A stretch of 64,000 bases of DNA from Poseidonia sp. (GCA_049627345.1 JBMZXF010000004.1:17957-81956); one strand, 5' to 3'. Positions 48,700-59,627 are shown, counted from the stretch's first letter. Notes: generated by a model from the letters alone, not told the origin. Program-made: numbers and translations.

Positions 48700-49953
48700 T
48701 CAGTACCCCCTCACCTGCATCAAGGCCTGCGACAAATCCATGTCAGGCATCCAATCGATCACTTGGGCTCCCGAGCCCGCAAGGGTCGTCAAACGGTTTT
48801 GCCGCTCCAGTTTCAACACCTCGTAGGACATGCGAGGGATGCGGCTGACCAAGCGTTCGAAATCAACGCTGGACGGCGAGAGCACGGTGACTTCGTGCCC
48901 TCGGCCGACAAGGTCTCGCACGGCGGCCGGCACGGTACCGTCACCCTCGCACGATGAGATGATGAACACGGGGCTGCCGCGACTGAACCGCCCGCTCAAG
49001 GAGTTGGTGACCGCTTGGAGTGGCATGGCACCTTTTGGACGGACGCCTGCAAGCGCACTGAGGATCTTGAAGTACTGCTTGTCGCCGGTGTCGGGCGGCA
49101 AGTAAGCGAGTTTTTCGTCGTAGATGGCGAGGGCCACCGAATCTCTGCGCTTCAGGAAAAACGCTGCCAGACTGGCGGCCGAGACGGTGCCCATCTCGAG
49201 GGGATTCTTGAGCACCGTACCGATGCGAGCCAAATCACGGCTGTCGAGGATGAGGTACAGGTCGGTGACGGCGTCCCGGCACTTTTCGTTGACCATCAAT
49301 TCCCCGGTGCGAGCGAAGGCTTTCCAGTTGATGTTCTTGAACGGGTCGCCGGGCACGTATTCTCGAAGCGAGTAGAATTCTGAGCCCTGCCCGGGTGTTC
49401 GGAGGGTGGTTGCGCCGGTGTACATCTTCGGGGTTCGACTGCGCAGGAACGCCTCCTCGATGTCCTTGATTTGTGGGAAGATGACGATGTCGCTGTGATG
49501 GTCGACGTACATCTCCTCAACGCCCAGGTTAAACGTGTTGCGGGCCCGCAGCGACACGGGGCCAATGGAGTAGTGCCCACGAAGCGGACATCGGAGGACG
49601 TAGCGAATGCGGGCGCTTTCGCCGGGTTTGAGGTTGAGTTGCATCTGGTTGAGGCCGCTGCGCAACTTCATCTCGTGAGGGATGTTGTCGTAGATGTCCA
49701 ACATCTGCGTCTTTCGGTTGCTGCGGTTGGTCACCAGCAATTCCACGTACAGGTCGTCGCCCTTGTACAGGTTATCGGCCGACAGGGTGCGTTGAACTTC
49801 AACATCGCCGTGACCCGAAATCCATGAATTCACCACGATGAAGGCGATGAGGCTCAACCCGAGGATCATCATTTGTTGATTGGAGATCATCATCCCGATG
49901 AGCACCAGCGCAATCCCGCCGGTGAAGGTGAAGGCTGCCTTTCTTGTCCACAT
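48700..49953 (-). CDS. DUF58 domain protein (vWA-like, MoxR-associated)
   Basis: N-terminal TM; LRGHYSIGP, GSEFYSLREYVPGDPFKNINWKAFAR and LILDS. Confidence 0.9.
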   Translation of the reverse strand: MWTRKAAFTFTGGIALVLIGMMISNQQMMILGLSLIAFIVVNSWISGHGDVEVQRTLSADNLYKGDDLYVELLVTNRSNRKTQMLDIYDNIPHEMKLRSGLNQMQLNLKPGESARIRYVLRCPLRGHYSIGPVSLRARNTFNLGVEEMYVDHHSDIVIFPQIKDIEEAFLRSRTPKMYTGATTLRTPGQGSEFYSLREYVPGDPFKNINWKAFARTGELMVNEKCRDAVTDLYLILDSRDLARIGTVLKNPLEMGTVSAASLAAFFLKRRDSVALAIYDEKLAYLPPDTGDKQYFKILSALAGVRPKGAMPLQAVTNSLSGRFSRGSPVFIISSCEGDGTVPAAVRDLVGRGHEVTVLSPSSVDFERLVSRIPRMSYEVLKLERQNRLTTLAGSGAQVIDWMPDMDLSQALMQVRGY

Positions 49954-49964
49954 GACCCCTCACC

Positions 49965-51587
49965 TCACTGGCGCCCCCACGCCTTGATGCGTTTGACCAG
50001 GGCCACCGTCTGTTCGAGGGTGTATTTGTTGCTGGATTCAACGGCGAATTTCGCCAGCACCGGGTCGTTGATCATCGAAACCAGTTCGTTGGCCTTCATC
50101 GCTTGGAATTCTTCTCGGTTCAGCCCGTTTTGGTTGCGAACCTTGGACAAGAACACCTGTCGAATCTTCTCAACTTTGGAGTAGTAGGCGTACCGATTGG
50201 CGTCGCCAAAGCCGTAGTAGATGATGCTGAACACGTGGCGCCACGGTTCGGGATCTCGCTTCTTGATGAGCACCGCCTCGAACGTGATAAACAGAATCAG
50301 GAACAACAGCAGCATGGCCAGACCTTCACCGGTGAAATAGACCAGGAGAAAGTAGACGGTGTTGTAGGAGTCAGCCGCCAGTGCACTTTGGGGGTGGCGA
50401 CTCTCGTCAAAGATGACCATGGCGTTCTCGGCCGGCTCACCGACTTCGTCAATGCGTTCGCTCATGAGGGCTTCTGCGATGAAATCGAGGGCCCACTTTC
50501 GGTTGTCGTTGGCGGGCATCAGGGTGTCGGTGGGGCCGTACTTTCCTTCGTTGAACCCTTCGTAATCGTACATCGCGTTGATGAGGGCAGAACCGTCAGC
50601 GACGAACACGATGCGTCCACCGTCGGACGGTGAGCAACTGGCACGAGCGCAGGCTTCGATGCTGAGGTTGAACTGGCCCCAACGGTCGGGCGTTTCGGGT
50701 GTGATCTCGTTGCCCACCCAAATCTCGCCGTCGCCGTTCACATCGACCGTGGCTTCGTTGCTGGTCAGCGCCCGAACGGCCACCTCGGTAAGCGGGCCAC
50801 GAACCCCAGGAATGACTTCGAGTCCAGTGATGTTGTTGAGCAACACCTGGTAGGTGCCGTTGTAGTCCACGCGACCGTTGGTCATGTGTTGGGCACACAG
50901 CGGAGCCTCGCCCACGACAAAGGTCTGCTCGTCAAGTTTTGAGCAGGGATGTTCGCCCGGCCCCCCGACATCGGCCCAGCGGTCGTGGGTGGAGAGCGTG
51001 GAAGGGTCAAGCTGCGTGCCGTTCATGCCGCAGGGGTTGCTTTGCACGCACATCCAAACGTAGTTGAAATCCAGTTCCGTGGCGTAGGTCGTGTCGAACA
51101 CCTGCTCGCCCGTGAAGCGAATACCAAACGCCTCAGCGATGGTGTTGGCGTAGCCGTAATCCTCGAACACCATCGCTGTGCCACCGGCTTCGACAAACTC
51201 GACGATCGCATTGATCTCTGAAGGAGAATAGCCGTTGCCCGAGGCGATCGTGATGAAGCCGTCATCATCGAATTGAGGCAGTGAAAGGGTGTCTCGCTCA
51301 ACACCGGCCAGGACGTAGGTGGTGTTGCGGGGGTCCTCAATGTCGGCCAGCAGCAGCGGACTGCTCACCAAGGAGCGGGTTTCAATGCCCATGGATTTGA
51401 TGTCAGCACGGAAGGCTGACATGTCGTCCCAGTCGTCGTCGTAGGCCGATAACTGGTCGGTGGCGCTGAGGTTGATGAAGTTCAGAAGAATGGTCATCAA
51501 CAAAATGAGCATGACCGCCCAAAACGACGCCTGAAGGGCAAGCCTTCGTGCGTTGAAGTTGGCAGGGAGACCGAGCATGCAAACCAC
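49965..51587 (-). CDS. DUF4350-like membrane-anchored extracytoplasmic protein
   Basis: N-terminal TM; SAYDDDWDDMSAF, YSPSEINAIVEFVEAGG, GRIVFVADGSALINAM and VIFDESRH; second TM near the C-terminus. Confidence 0.65.
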   Translation of the reverse strand: MVCMLGLPANFNARRLALQASFWAVMLILLMTILLNFINLSATDQLSAYDDDWDDMSAFRADIKSMGIETRSLVSSPLLLADIEDPRNTTYVLAGVERDTLSLPQFDDDGFITIASGNGYSPSEINAIVEFVEAGGTAMVFEDYGYANTIAEAFGIRFTGEQVFDTTYATELDFNYVWMCVQSNPCGMNGTQLDPSTLSTHDRWADVGGPGEHPCSKLDEQTFVVGEAPLCAQHMTNGRVDYNGTYQVLLNNITGLEVIPGVRGPLTEVAVRALTSNEATVDVNGDGEIWVGNEITPETPDRWGQFNLSIEACARASCSPSDGGRIVFVADGSALINAMYDYEGFNEGKYGPTDTLMPANDNRKWALDFIAEALMSERIDEVGEPAENAMVIFDESRHPQSALAADSYNTVYFLLVYFTGEGLAMLLLFLILFITFEAVLIKKRDPEPWRHVFSIIYYGFGDANRYAYYSKVEKIRQVFLSKVRNQNGLNREEFQAMKANELVSMINDPVLAKFAVESSNKYTLEQTVALVKRIKAWGRQ

Positions 51588-51681
51588 GAGGGAAGGATTC
51601 CCAGCCTAAACACGCCCCCTACTGACTTTAGAAGGTTGTCCACACGGGTGGAGAAAATGCTCACGCGTGCTTCGTTTCGCC

Positions 51682-51921
51682 TCATACATTGAGGTGAATG
51701 TTTTCAGCAATCCGAGCCACGGCCGACCCTGGAATGTGAACGGTAGCGCCGGTGTTCTCAAACGGCAACGCAGCAGCATCCACGGTTGGTTCAACTTGGA
51801 CGAGAAGTTCACTGATGACGCCCGTGTTCAAGTCGAAACTGAGGTCCACGAGCGACCCCAAGACGGCCCCGGTACGGTCCACCACGTTGTTTCCGATGAT
51901 TTCACGACCGAAAATCGCCAT
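51682..51921 (-). CDS. PRC-barrel domain protein
   Basis: IIGNNVVDRTGAVLGSLVDLSFDLNTGVISELLV...IPGSAVARIAE; SD AGGAGG upstream. Confidence 0.85.
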   Translation of the reverse strand: MAIFGREIIGNNVVDRTGAVLGSLVDLSFDLNTGVISELLVQVEPTVDAAALPFENTGATVHIPGSAVARIAENIHLNV

Positions 51922-51985
51922 CTGTATCGGCCTCCTGTGCCGTGGGTCCGGACTGGAATCCCATCAATGCGTCGGTGTTCAACCC

Positions 51986-54214
51986 TCACATCGTTTCGAT
52001 GCCACGACTGAAGTCTCGGTTTCGCTTGATGTTGGTCAAGCCCGAGGTCAAGCGGGTTTCCATCTTCTGGTAGTACTCGAGCATGTCAGGGGTCACGGTC
52101 GGTCGGACACGAGAAATCGCTTCTTCGAAGTGGCCCTTGGTGACCTTCTTCTTGCCGGCACGCATGCAGATCAGCGCTGCTTCGCGGCACACCGCTTCGA
52201 TGTCTGCACCGGTGAAGCCGTCCATGCCCGTCAGGATGTCCTTGAACGAGAACTTGGACAGTGGCATGCCTTCGCTGTGGATGCGGAAGATGGATTCACG
52301 GGCCCCTGCGTCGGGCGGTGGCACATGGAGCACGCGCTCGAAGCGACCACTGCGCAACAAAGCGGGGTCGATCATCTCCGGACGGTTGGTTGCGGCGACG
52401 ATGATGACGCCGTCGAGGGATTCAACGCCGTCCATGCTGGCCAGCAGTTGGTTGACCACGCGGTTGCCGACATCGCTGCCTTCCGATGCGCTGCCACCGC
52501 TTCGCATCGAAGCGATGGACTCAAACTCATCAAGGAAGATGATGGACGGCGCTGACTGCTTGGCCTTCTTGAAAATCTCACGTATGGCACGCTCGGATTC
52601 GCCCACCCACTTGGAGATGAGTTCTGGCCCCTTGATGCTGATGAAGTTCGCTTGAGCTTCGTTGGCGATGGCCTTGGCCAGCAGGGTCTTTCCGGTACCC
52701 GGCGCCCCGAACAGGACGATGCCTCGAGGAGGTTTGATGCCAAAGTGCTCGAACAGTTCAGGCTTGGTCAACGGCCATTCCACGGATTCCTTCAGACGGT
52801 CCTTGACCTCCAGCAGGCCACCGACGGCGTCCCAGCCAACTTCGGGAACTTCGACGTAAATTTCACGCAGGGCGGACGGCTCGATGTCCCGGATGGCCTC
52901 CTTGAAGTCGTCCATGCAGACCTCCATCTTCTCGAGCACCTCGGGCGGGAGCGTCTCCTCGTCGAGGTCGATTTCGGGCAGGTACCTTCGCAACGCACGC
53001 ATGGCAGCCTCGCGAACAAGGGCAGCAAGGTCAGCACCGACAAAGCCGTAGGTGTTGTCGAGGACCCAGCCCACGTCGAAGTCGTCGGCGATGGGCATCT
53101 GGCGGGTGTGAACATCCATGATTTCACTTCGGCCCTCTCGGTCGGGCACGCCGATCTCGATTTCTCGGTCAAAGCGGCCCGGGCGTCGCAGGGCTGGGTC
53201 GAGTGCATCGCGTCGGTTGGTAGCGCCGATGACCACCACGTTGTCCCGGCCCTGCATGCCGTCCATGAGGGTCAGCATCTGAGCGACCACACGTCGCTCG
53301 ACCTCACCCGTGACGTCTTCCCGCTTGGGGCAGATGGAATCAATTTCGTCAATGAAAACGATGGCAGGGGCGTTGTCGGCGGCCTCGTCGAAAATCTCAC
53401 GGAGTTGTTTTTCGGATTCGCCGTAGTACTTCGAGATGATTTCTGGCCCGTTGATGCTCTTGAAGTGGGCGTTGACTTCGGTGGCCACCGCTTTGGCGAT
53501 CATGGTTTTCCCCGTACCGGGCGGCCCGTGAAGGAGGACACCCTTGGGCGGGTCGATGCCCAAGCGTCGGAACAATTCGGGGTGCTTGAGCGGCAGCTCA
53601 ATCATCTCACGCACCTTCTGAAGTTGCTGACCGATACCACCGACGTCTTCGTAGGTGATGCCCTCGGATTGCCCAACGTCTTCTTCGGCAACGGCTTCGT
53701 CTTTGATGACGATCTCGGTGTCGGTGGTCACCATGACGATGCCTTTGGGCACGGTTTGGACCACGGCGAAGGGCAAGGCCTCAGCGAAGAGGGTCATACC
53801 GGGAATGAAGATGCGGTCGCCGGCCACGACCGGGCGCTTGGCAAGGCCCCGCTTAGCGAACCCTTCAATGCCGGGTCCGAACTTGACCTTCTGCTTGTTC
53901 GCCATCACGGGCGAGATGGTGAGTTTCGTGCAGGTCTTGGCTTCCACCTTGCGAACAGTGACACGGTCGCCGAGGCTGACACCGGCGTTCTTGCGGATGA
54001 TGCCGTCCATGCGTATGATGTCCATCTTAGCATCTTCGGGTCGGCTTCGCCAGTAAATGGCGGCCGTGGAGCGCTCTTCACCGCTGATTTCAACGAAGTC
54101 GCCGGGTTTGAGGTCGAGCCCCATCTCAGAGGAGATGCGTGCCCTTCCGAACCCGACGTCGGAGGGGATGGCTTTGGATACGCGCAATTCGATGGTGTCG
54201 TTCTTGTCTGCCAT
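51986..54214 (-). CDS. cdc48: CDC48/VCP/VAT AAA+ ATPase
   Basis: N-domain and two AAA modules ([36 protein letters not shown]). Confidence 0.96.
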   Translation of the reverse strand: MADKNDTIELRVSKAIPSDVGFGRARISSEMGLDLKPGDFVEISGEERSTAAIYWRSRPEDAKMDIIRMDGIIRKNAGVSLGDRVTVRKVEAKTCTKLTISPVMANKQKVKFGPGIEGFAKRGLAKRPVVAGDRIFIPGMTLFAEALPFAVVQTVPKGIVMVTTDTEIVIKDEAVAEEDVGQSEGITYEDVGGIGQQLQKVREMIELPLKHPELFRRLGIDPPKGVLLHGPPGTGKTMIAKAVATEVNAHFKSINGPEIISKYYGESEKQLREIFDEAADNAPAIVFIDEIDSICPKREDVTGEVERRVVAQMLTLMDGMQGRDNVVVIGATNRRDALDPALRRPGRFDREIEIGVPDREGRSEIMDVHTRQMPIADDFDVGWVLDNTYGFVGADLAALVREAAMRALRRYLPEIDLDEETLPPEVLEKMEVCMDDFKEAIRDIEPSALREIYVEVPEVGWDAVGGLLEVKDRLKESVEWPLTKPELFEHFGIKPPRGIVLFGAPGTGKTLLAKAIANEAQANFISIKGPELISKWVGESERAIREIFKKAKQSAPSIIFLDEFESIASMRSGGSASEGSDVGNRVVNQLLASMDGVESLDGVIIVAATNRPEMIDPALLRSGRFERVLHVPPPDAGARESIFRIHSEGMPLSKFSFKDILTGMDGFTGADIEAVCREAALICMRAGKKKVTKGHFEEAISRVRPTVTPDMLEYYQKMETRLTSGLTNIKRNRDFSRGIETM

Positions 54215-54402
54215 GGTACTCCCTCTTCGCGAATCAACATTTCACGGTATATAATGAAATTCAAGCGGGCCTTTCGCCGCTTGGTGTAATGATGTCCCGA
54301 AGGGCCACTATAAACCCGAGCCCGTGGGTCTTTGTACCTCGAACACCGATGCCTGAGAACCACGCCATCACATTCAAGAGACGGGTCAAATTGGCACGAA
54401 GC

Positions 54403-56031
54403 ATGGTTCACGTTCTTGAAACCGGCTTGGAATACATGGAAATCGATAACCCCACGGGCAAGCCTGCGGTCCGGGGCTACAACATCATCAACGGGCAACT
54501 CACCTCGGCCAGCGACGCCTCGACCTTCACCTCAACCAACCCCGCTCACCTCGCTGATTGCCTCGGTGAATTTCCGCTCTCGACCCGAGACGACGTTCAC
54601 GACGCCCTCCACGCAGCTCACGCTGCGTTCCCCGCATGGGCTGCCACGCCGGCGCCCACCCGTGGCCAAATCATCGGCAACATGGGCCGACTGTTGATGG
54701 AGCACAAGGACGCACTGGTCGCCCTCGAAACCCGTGAGATCGGCAAGACCCTCAAGGAATCGGGTGGTGAAATCCAGGAAGCCATCGACACCTGTCTGTT
54801 CTTCCAGTCCGAAGGCCGACGGCTCTACGGCCAGACCGTGAATTCTGAACTCCCCGACAAAGAGCTGTTCACCTACCGCCGTCCACTCGGTGTCTGCGGC
54901 ATCATCAACGCCTGCAACTTCCCATCTGCCGTGCCCTTCTGGAAGATGATCCCCGCCATCATGTGCGGCAACACCTGCGTGTGGAAGTCACCACAAGACG
55001 CCCCGTTGCTCTCGTTCGCCCTGGCCCGCATCATGCACGAAGCCGGCTTGCCCGACGGTGTGATCAACCTCGTTCACGGCAAAGGCAGCGGTGCTGGCCA
55101 GTACCTCGTCGACGCCGTCGATGAGGGGCTCGTGAACAAAATCTCCTTCACCGGTTCCACCGGCGTGGGCAAGATGATCGGCGAAGTCTGCGGCCGCAAC
55201 CTCGTCTCCTGCTCGCTGGAATTGGGCGGGAAGAACCCGCTTGTCGTGATGCCTTCGGCCGACTTGAACAACGCCGTCGAAGGCGCCTACTGGGGTGCCT
55301 TCGGTACCGCCGGTCAGCGCTGCACGAGCCTGGGCAACCTCATCATCCACGAGTCCATCTACGATGAGTTCATGGAGAAGTTCATGGCCAAGGTCAAGTC
55401 GACCCGCATCGGTAACTCGCTGGTGCACAAGGACGTCCTTTACGGCCCCATGCTGTCTGAAAAGTACGGCAAGGATTTCCTCGCCGGCATCGACATGGCC
55501 AAGGCCAGCGGTGCGACCCAGATCTGGGGCAACGGAACCATCACCGCCGACAACGCCCCCGAGAACTTCCTCGGCGATGCCAGTGAAGGCGTGTTCATGT
55601 GGCCCCACGTCTTTGTTGACGTAACCGAGGACATGGCGTGCTTCCACGAGGAGATTTTCGGACCCGTCGTCACCGTGGTGAAGGCGAAGGATTTCGACCA
55701 CGCACTCCACCTTGCCAACGCCAGCCCCTACGGTTTGTCCTCCGCCATCTACACCAACGACCGTCTCGAAGCCTACCGCTACAAGACCGGCATCAAGGCC
55801 GGCATGACGGGCATCAACAACTCCACCACGGGCGCCGAAGCCCACCTGCCGTTCGGTGGCGTCAAGGGCTCTGGAAACGGCACCCGAGAATCGGGCATCT
55901 GGGTCATCGAGGCCTACTCCTACTGGCACGCCGTGAACGACGAACTTTCGGGCAAACTCCAACTCGCTCAAATGGACGTCGACGAGATCGAAATGGTCGA
56001 GGCGGAAGTCAATTGGTCGGAATTGGCCTGA
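54403..56031 (+). CDS. Aldehyde dehydrogenase
   Basis: NFP, FTGSTGVG, LELGGKN, AGQRCT (catalytic Cys), EEIFGP and PFGGVKGSG; start 54403 or 54436. Confidence 0.92.
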   Translation: MVHVLETGLEYMEIDNPTGKPAVRGYNIINGQLTSASDASTFTSTNPAHLADCLGEFPLSTRDDVHDALHAAHAAFPAWAATPAPTRGQIIGNMGRLLMEHKDALVALETREIGKTLKESGGEIQEAIDTCLFFQSEGRRLYGQTVNSELPDKELFTYRRPLGVCGIINACNFPSAVPFWKMIPAIMCGNTCVWKSPQDAPLLSFALARIMHEAGLPDGVINLVHGKGSGAGQYLVDAVDEGLVNKISFTGSTGVGKMIGEVCGRNLVSCSLELGGKNPLVVMPSADLNNAVEGAYWGAFGTAGQRCTSLGNLIIHESIYDEFMEKFMAKVKSTRIGNSLVHKDVLYGPMLSEKYGKDFLAGIDMAKASGATQIWGNGTITADNAPENFLGDASEGVFMWPHVFVDVTEDMACFHEEIFGPVVTVVKAKDFDHALHLANASPYGLSSAIYTNDRLEAYRYKTGIKAGMTGINNSTTGAEAHLPFGGVKGSGNGTRESGIWVIEAYSYWHAVNDELSGKLQLAQMDVDEIEMVEAEVNWSELA

Positions 56032-56126
56032 GAATCTTTCAAAAACGGCCTGCGGCTCAATGGTGAACCTCAAAGACCCTGCCCTGCTGGGATAGGTCGT
56101 TCCCGTAGGGAACAGGGGGATTTTGA

Positions 56127-56966
56127 ATGGGTGAAGGGATTAAACTCCCAGTCCTGAACGGGCTCGGGCGTACCAACCGTATCGACAACTGGTGGAGCCA
56201 ACCGATGGCCATGGGCATCGGGCTCACCGCTGCACTGGTCTACACCTTCTGGCGCCTCTTCCTCTACGGGACCGAAGCGGCCAACGGGGCCTCGCTCATC
56301 TCTTACGAACTTCACGGCAGCACCGTGATCTCACCCATTTTCTCGCCCAACGTGCTCGAGTGGAACCTGTTCGGGCTCAACGAGTGGAACCACCCCGAGT
56401 GGGTCAACGCCGCCATCCTCGTGCTGTGGATTCCGTTCGGTTTCCGAGGCACCTGCTACTACATGCGCCGCGTCTACTACCGCACCTTCTTCGCCAGCCC
56501 CGTGGCGTGTTGGGTTGACGAACCCGACATCAACAAGGCCATCGGCTACAAAGGCGAGAAGCGCTTGTTCATCTTCAACAACCTTCACCGCTATTTCCTC
56601 TATGCGGCCATGATCATTCTTGTCATCAAGTGGTGGGACGTCACCCACACCATGCACTTCCACTCCGCCACCCACGACGGCTACGGCGTGTCGATTGGCA
56701 CCTTCGTGATGGCGATTGAAGCCTTCTTGCTCACGATGTACGTCACCTCCTGCCACGCCCTGCGCCACTTGGCCGGCGGCATGCTCGACCGATGGACCAC
56801 CGGCATCAGCCGAGTTCGTGGCGTTCTGTTTGGAAAGATCAGCGTGTTGAACCGCTCCCACGGGTTCTGGTTCTGGACATCCTTGGCCTTCGTGTTCCTC
56901 GGCGACCTCTGGGTCTTGGCGGTAGCAGAAGGACGTTTGAGCGACATGGTGCTCTTTGTTGTGTGA
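56127..56966 (+). CDS. Succinate dehydrogenase membrane anchor, mycobacterial Sdh1 (Rv0249c-like) type
   Basis: SPIFSP, GFRGTCYYMRRVYYR, NNLHRYF, SCHALRH and HGFWFWTSL; first gene of the sdh operon. Confidence 0.8.
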   Translation: MGEGIKLPVLNGLGRTNRIDNWWSQPMAMGIGLTAALVYTFWRLFLYGTEAANGASLISYELHGSTVISPIFSPNVLEWNLFGLNEWNHPEWVNAAILVLWIPFGFRGTCYYMRRVYYRTFFASPVACWVDEPDINKAIGYKGEKRLFIFNNLHRYFLYAAMIILVIKWWDVTHTMHFHSATHDGYGVSIGTFVMAIEAFLLTMYVTSCHALRHLAGGMLDRWTTGISRVRGVLFGKISVLNRSHGFWFWTSLAFVFLGDLWVLAVAEGRLSDMVLFVV

Positions 56967-56972
56967 GGTGAG

Positions 56973-58829
56973 ATGATGAGCGAGAAGATTACCGAACACG
57001 AATACGACGTCATTGTCATCGGTGCTGGCGGAGCCGGTCTCCGTGCCGCCATTGAGGCAGCCCGCAGCGGCGCAAAGACCGCCATCATCACGAAATCCCT
57101 GCTGGGCAAGGTCCACACGGTCATGGCCGAAGGTGGATGCGCAGCAGCCTTGCAGAACGCTGACCCACGAGACGGCTGGAAGGTGCACTTCCACGACACG
57201 ATGAAGGGCAGCAAGTGGCTCGCCAACTGGCGAATGGCCGAATTCCACGCCAAGGAAGCCCCCGACCGTGTTCGTGAACTCGAGCAGTGGGGCGCCGTGT
57301 TTGACCGCACGCCCAAGAACCTCATCAACCAGCGAAACTTCGGTGGCCACACCTTCCCCCGCCTCGCCCACGTTGGCGATGCCACGGGTCTCGAGATCAT
57401 TCGTACCCTCCAGGAGCGCGGCATCCACGAAGGGATTGACATCTTCATGGAATACACCGTTCGCACCCTGCTCAAGGAAGGCGACCGTGTCACCGGTTGC
57501 GTGGCCTACACCCGAGTTGACGGTGAATTCCACGCCTTCTCTGCCAAATCCGTGGTCCTCGCCACCGGCGGCATCACCCGCTGTTGGTCCGTGTGTTCGG
57601 GCTCATGGGAATACACCGGCGACGGGCACGCCCTTGCATTGTGGGCTGGGGCAGAACTCCGCGACATGGAGTTTGTCCAGTTCCACCCCACCGGCATGGT
57701 ATGGCCGCCCTCTGTTCGCGGCATCCTCGTAACCGAGGGTGTGCGTGGTGAAGGTGGACGCCTCACCAACAGCGAAGGCAGCCGCTTCATGTTTGACTAC
57801 GTTCCAGAAATGTTCGCTGGCGACCACGCCGACACCATCGAAGAAGCCGATCAGTGGGTCGAAGAAGTCGTCAGTGGCAAACTGGCGACCGTTCGCCGGC
57901 CACCTGAACTGCTGACCCGAGACGTTGTGGCCAAGGCCATCAACGAGGAGGTCAAAGCAGGCCGAGGTTCCCCTCACGGCGGTGCATTCCTCGATATTTC
58001 TCACCGCGGTGAGGAAGCCATCATGAAGAAGCTCCCCTCGATGCACCACCAGTTCAAGGAACTCGCTGGCGTCGACATCAGCAAGGAACCCATGGAAGTG
58101 GGTCCAACCGCTCACTACGTGATGGGTGGCGTCATCGTCGACGCTGAGTCTCAAGAAACGACCGTTCCCGGCCTCTTCGCCTGCGGCGAGGTGGCCTCGG
58201 GCCTTCACGGCGCCAACCGCCTCGGCGGCAACTCGCTCTCCGACCTCATCGTGTTCGGCAAGCGAGCCGGTGAGTTCGCAGCCAAGCGAGCCAAGGACTT
58301 GGCTCAGCCCTCCATCGACGAGGCTCAAGTGGGCAAGGCCATCGACGACATGTTGGCGCCGCTCCAGCGAGACGGCGGTGAAAACCCCGGCGCCATCTAC
58401 GACGAGATGCGCGACATGATGCAGGCCAAGGTCGGCATCATCCGAACCAAGAGCGAACTTGAGGAAGCCCTCGAGGACATCAAGGCGTTCAAGGCCCGCG
58501 CCCTGGCGTGTTCATCAGGCACCTCGCGAAAGTACAACTCCGGATGGCATCAAGCCCTTGACCTCATCAACATGGCCGACGTGTCCCACGCTGCGACGCT
58601 CGCTGCCATCACCCGCGAAGAAAGCCGAGGTGGCCACACCCGGGACGACTTCCCGACACCAGAAGACGACTACTGGGGCAAGACCCTGAACATCATCTGG
58701 ATGGAAGACGGTGAAATGAAGATTCGACAGGAACCCGTTGAGGAGATGCGCGACGACCTCAAGGATGCCCTCACCGAGGTGAAGGCGATGATCGCTGAGC
58801 GCGCAGCAGAAGCAGGAGGTGGAAACTGA
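56973..58829 (+). CDS. sdhA: Succinate dehydrogenase/fumarate reductase flavoprotein subunit
   Basis: GAGGAG, HTVMAEGG (covalent FAD His), QFHPT, TEGVRGEGG, HYVMGG, HGANRLGGNSL and ESRGGH. Confidence 0.95.
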   Translation: MMSEKITEHEYDVIVIGAGGAGLRAAIEAARSGAKTAIITKSLLGKVHTVMAEGGCAAALQNADPRDGWKVHFHDTMKGSKWLANWRMAEFHAKEAPDRVRELEQWGAVFDRTPKNLINQRNFGGHTFPRLAHVGDATGLEIIRTLQERGIHEGIDIFMEYTVRTLLKEGDRVTGCVAYTRVDGEFHAFSAKSVVLATGGITRCWSVCSGSWEYTGDGHALALWAGAELRDMEFVQFHPTGMVWPPSVRGILVTEGVRGEGGRLTNSEGSRFMFDYVPEMFAGDHADTIEEADQWVEEVVSGKLATVRRPPELLTRDVVAKAINEEVKAGRGSPHGGAFLDISHRGEEAIMKKLPSMHHQFKELAGVDISKEPMEVGPTAHYVMGGVIVDAESQETTVPGLFACGEVASGLHGANRLGGNSLSDLIVFGKRAGEFAAKRAKDLAQPSIDEAQVGKAIDDMLAPLQRDGGENPGAIYDEMRDMMQAKVGIIRTKSELEEALEDIKAFKARALACSSGTSRKYNSGWHQALDLINMADVSHAATLAAITREESRGGHTRDDFPTPEDDYWGKTLNIIWMEDGEMKIRQEPVEEMRDDLKDALTEVKAMIAERAAEAGGGN

Positions 58830-59596
58830 TGTCCCTCAAAGGCACCAAACAATCGTTCAACATTCTACGAGGCGAAGGCGACGACGCCAAACTTCAGGCC
58901 TACGAACTCGAACTTGACGAGGGCATGGTCGTTCTTGACTGCCTGCACCGCATCCAGCACGACCAAGAGCCCGACATGGCGGTTCGATGGAACTGCAAAG
59001 CCGGCAAGTGCGGCTCGTGCTCGGCCGAGATCAACGGTCGTCCTCGTTTGATGTGCATGACCCGCATGAGCGACGTGGTCGCCGAAACCCCTGCTGGCCA
59101 ACCCATTGAAATTCGACCGATGAAGACCTTCCCGCACGTCAAGGACCTGGTGACCGATGTGAGTTGGAACTACGAGGTTGCCCAGCGCATCGCCCCCATC
59201 AACGGCCCCGAATCGATGGACTGGGAGTTCAACCAGATGGAAGCTGACCGTGTCCAGCATTTCCGTGAATGCATCGAGTGTTTCCTGTGCGTGAACACCT
59301 GCCACGTGCTGCGAGACCACGAACTGTTCGATGATTTCGCAGGCCCCCGCAACCTCGTTCGCTTGGCCCAGTACGAAATGCACCCGCTCGACACCGAAGA
59401 TCGCGTGCCCGAAATCAAGAAGGAATTTGGCGTCGAATACTGCAACATCACCCGATGTTGCACCGAAGTGTGTCCTGCCGGCATTCAGATCACCGACGAC
59501 GCCATCATTCAGCTCAAAGAACGCGTGGTGGACCGCTACTACGACCCGCTGCAGCGCATCTGGCGCACGTTGACGCGCCAGAAGGTTCGCTATTGA
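58829..59596 (+). CDS. sdhB: Succinate dehydrogenase/fumarate reductase iron-sulfur subunit
   Basis: CKAGKCGSC...C, CIECFLCVNTC and CNITRCCTEVCP. Confidence 0.95.
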   Translation: MSLKGTKQSFNILRGEGDDAKLQAYELELDEGMVVLDCLHRIQHDQEPDMAVRWNCKAGKCGSCSAEINGRPRLMCMTRMSDVVAETPAGQPIEIRPMKTFPHVKDLVTDVSWNYEVAQRIAPINGPESMDWEFNQMEADRVQHFRECIECFLCVNTCHVLRDHELFDDFAGPRNLVRLAQYEMHPLDTEDRVPEIKKEFGVEYCNITRCCTEVCPAGIQITDDAIIQLKERVVDRYYDPLQRIWRTLTRQKVRY

Positions 59597-59627
59597 CCTT
59601 CCAGCGAGCATTGCGTTGGTCGTTGGT

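Noticed and set aside
52652..54289. 545-aa ORF antisense to cdc48, and similar shadow ORFs over thrS, sdhA, ALDH and HMGCS
   Set aside because: Mirror-frame shadows of well-supported genes, with V/G/D/H-rich composition and no recognisable motifs.
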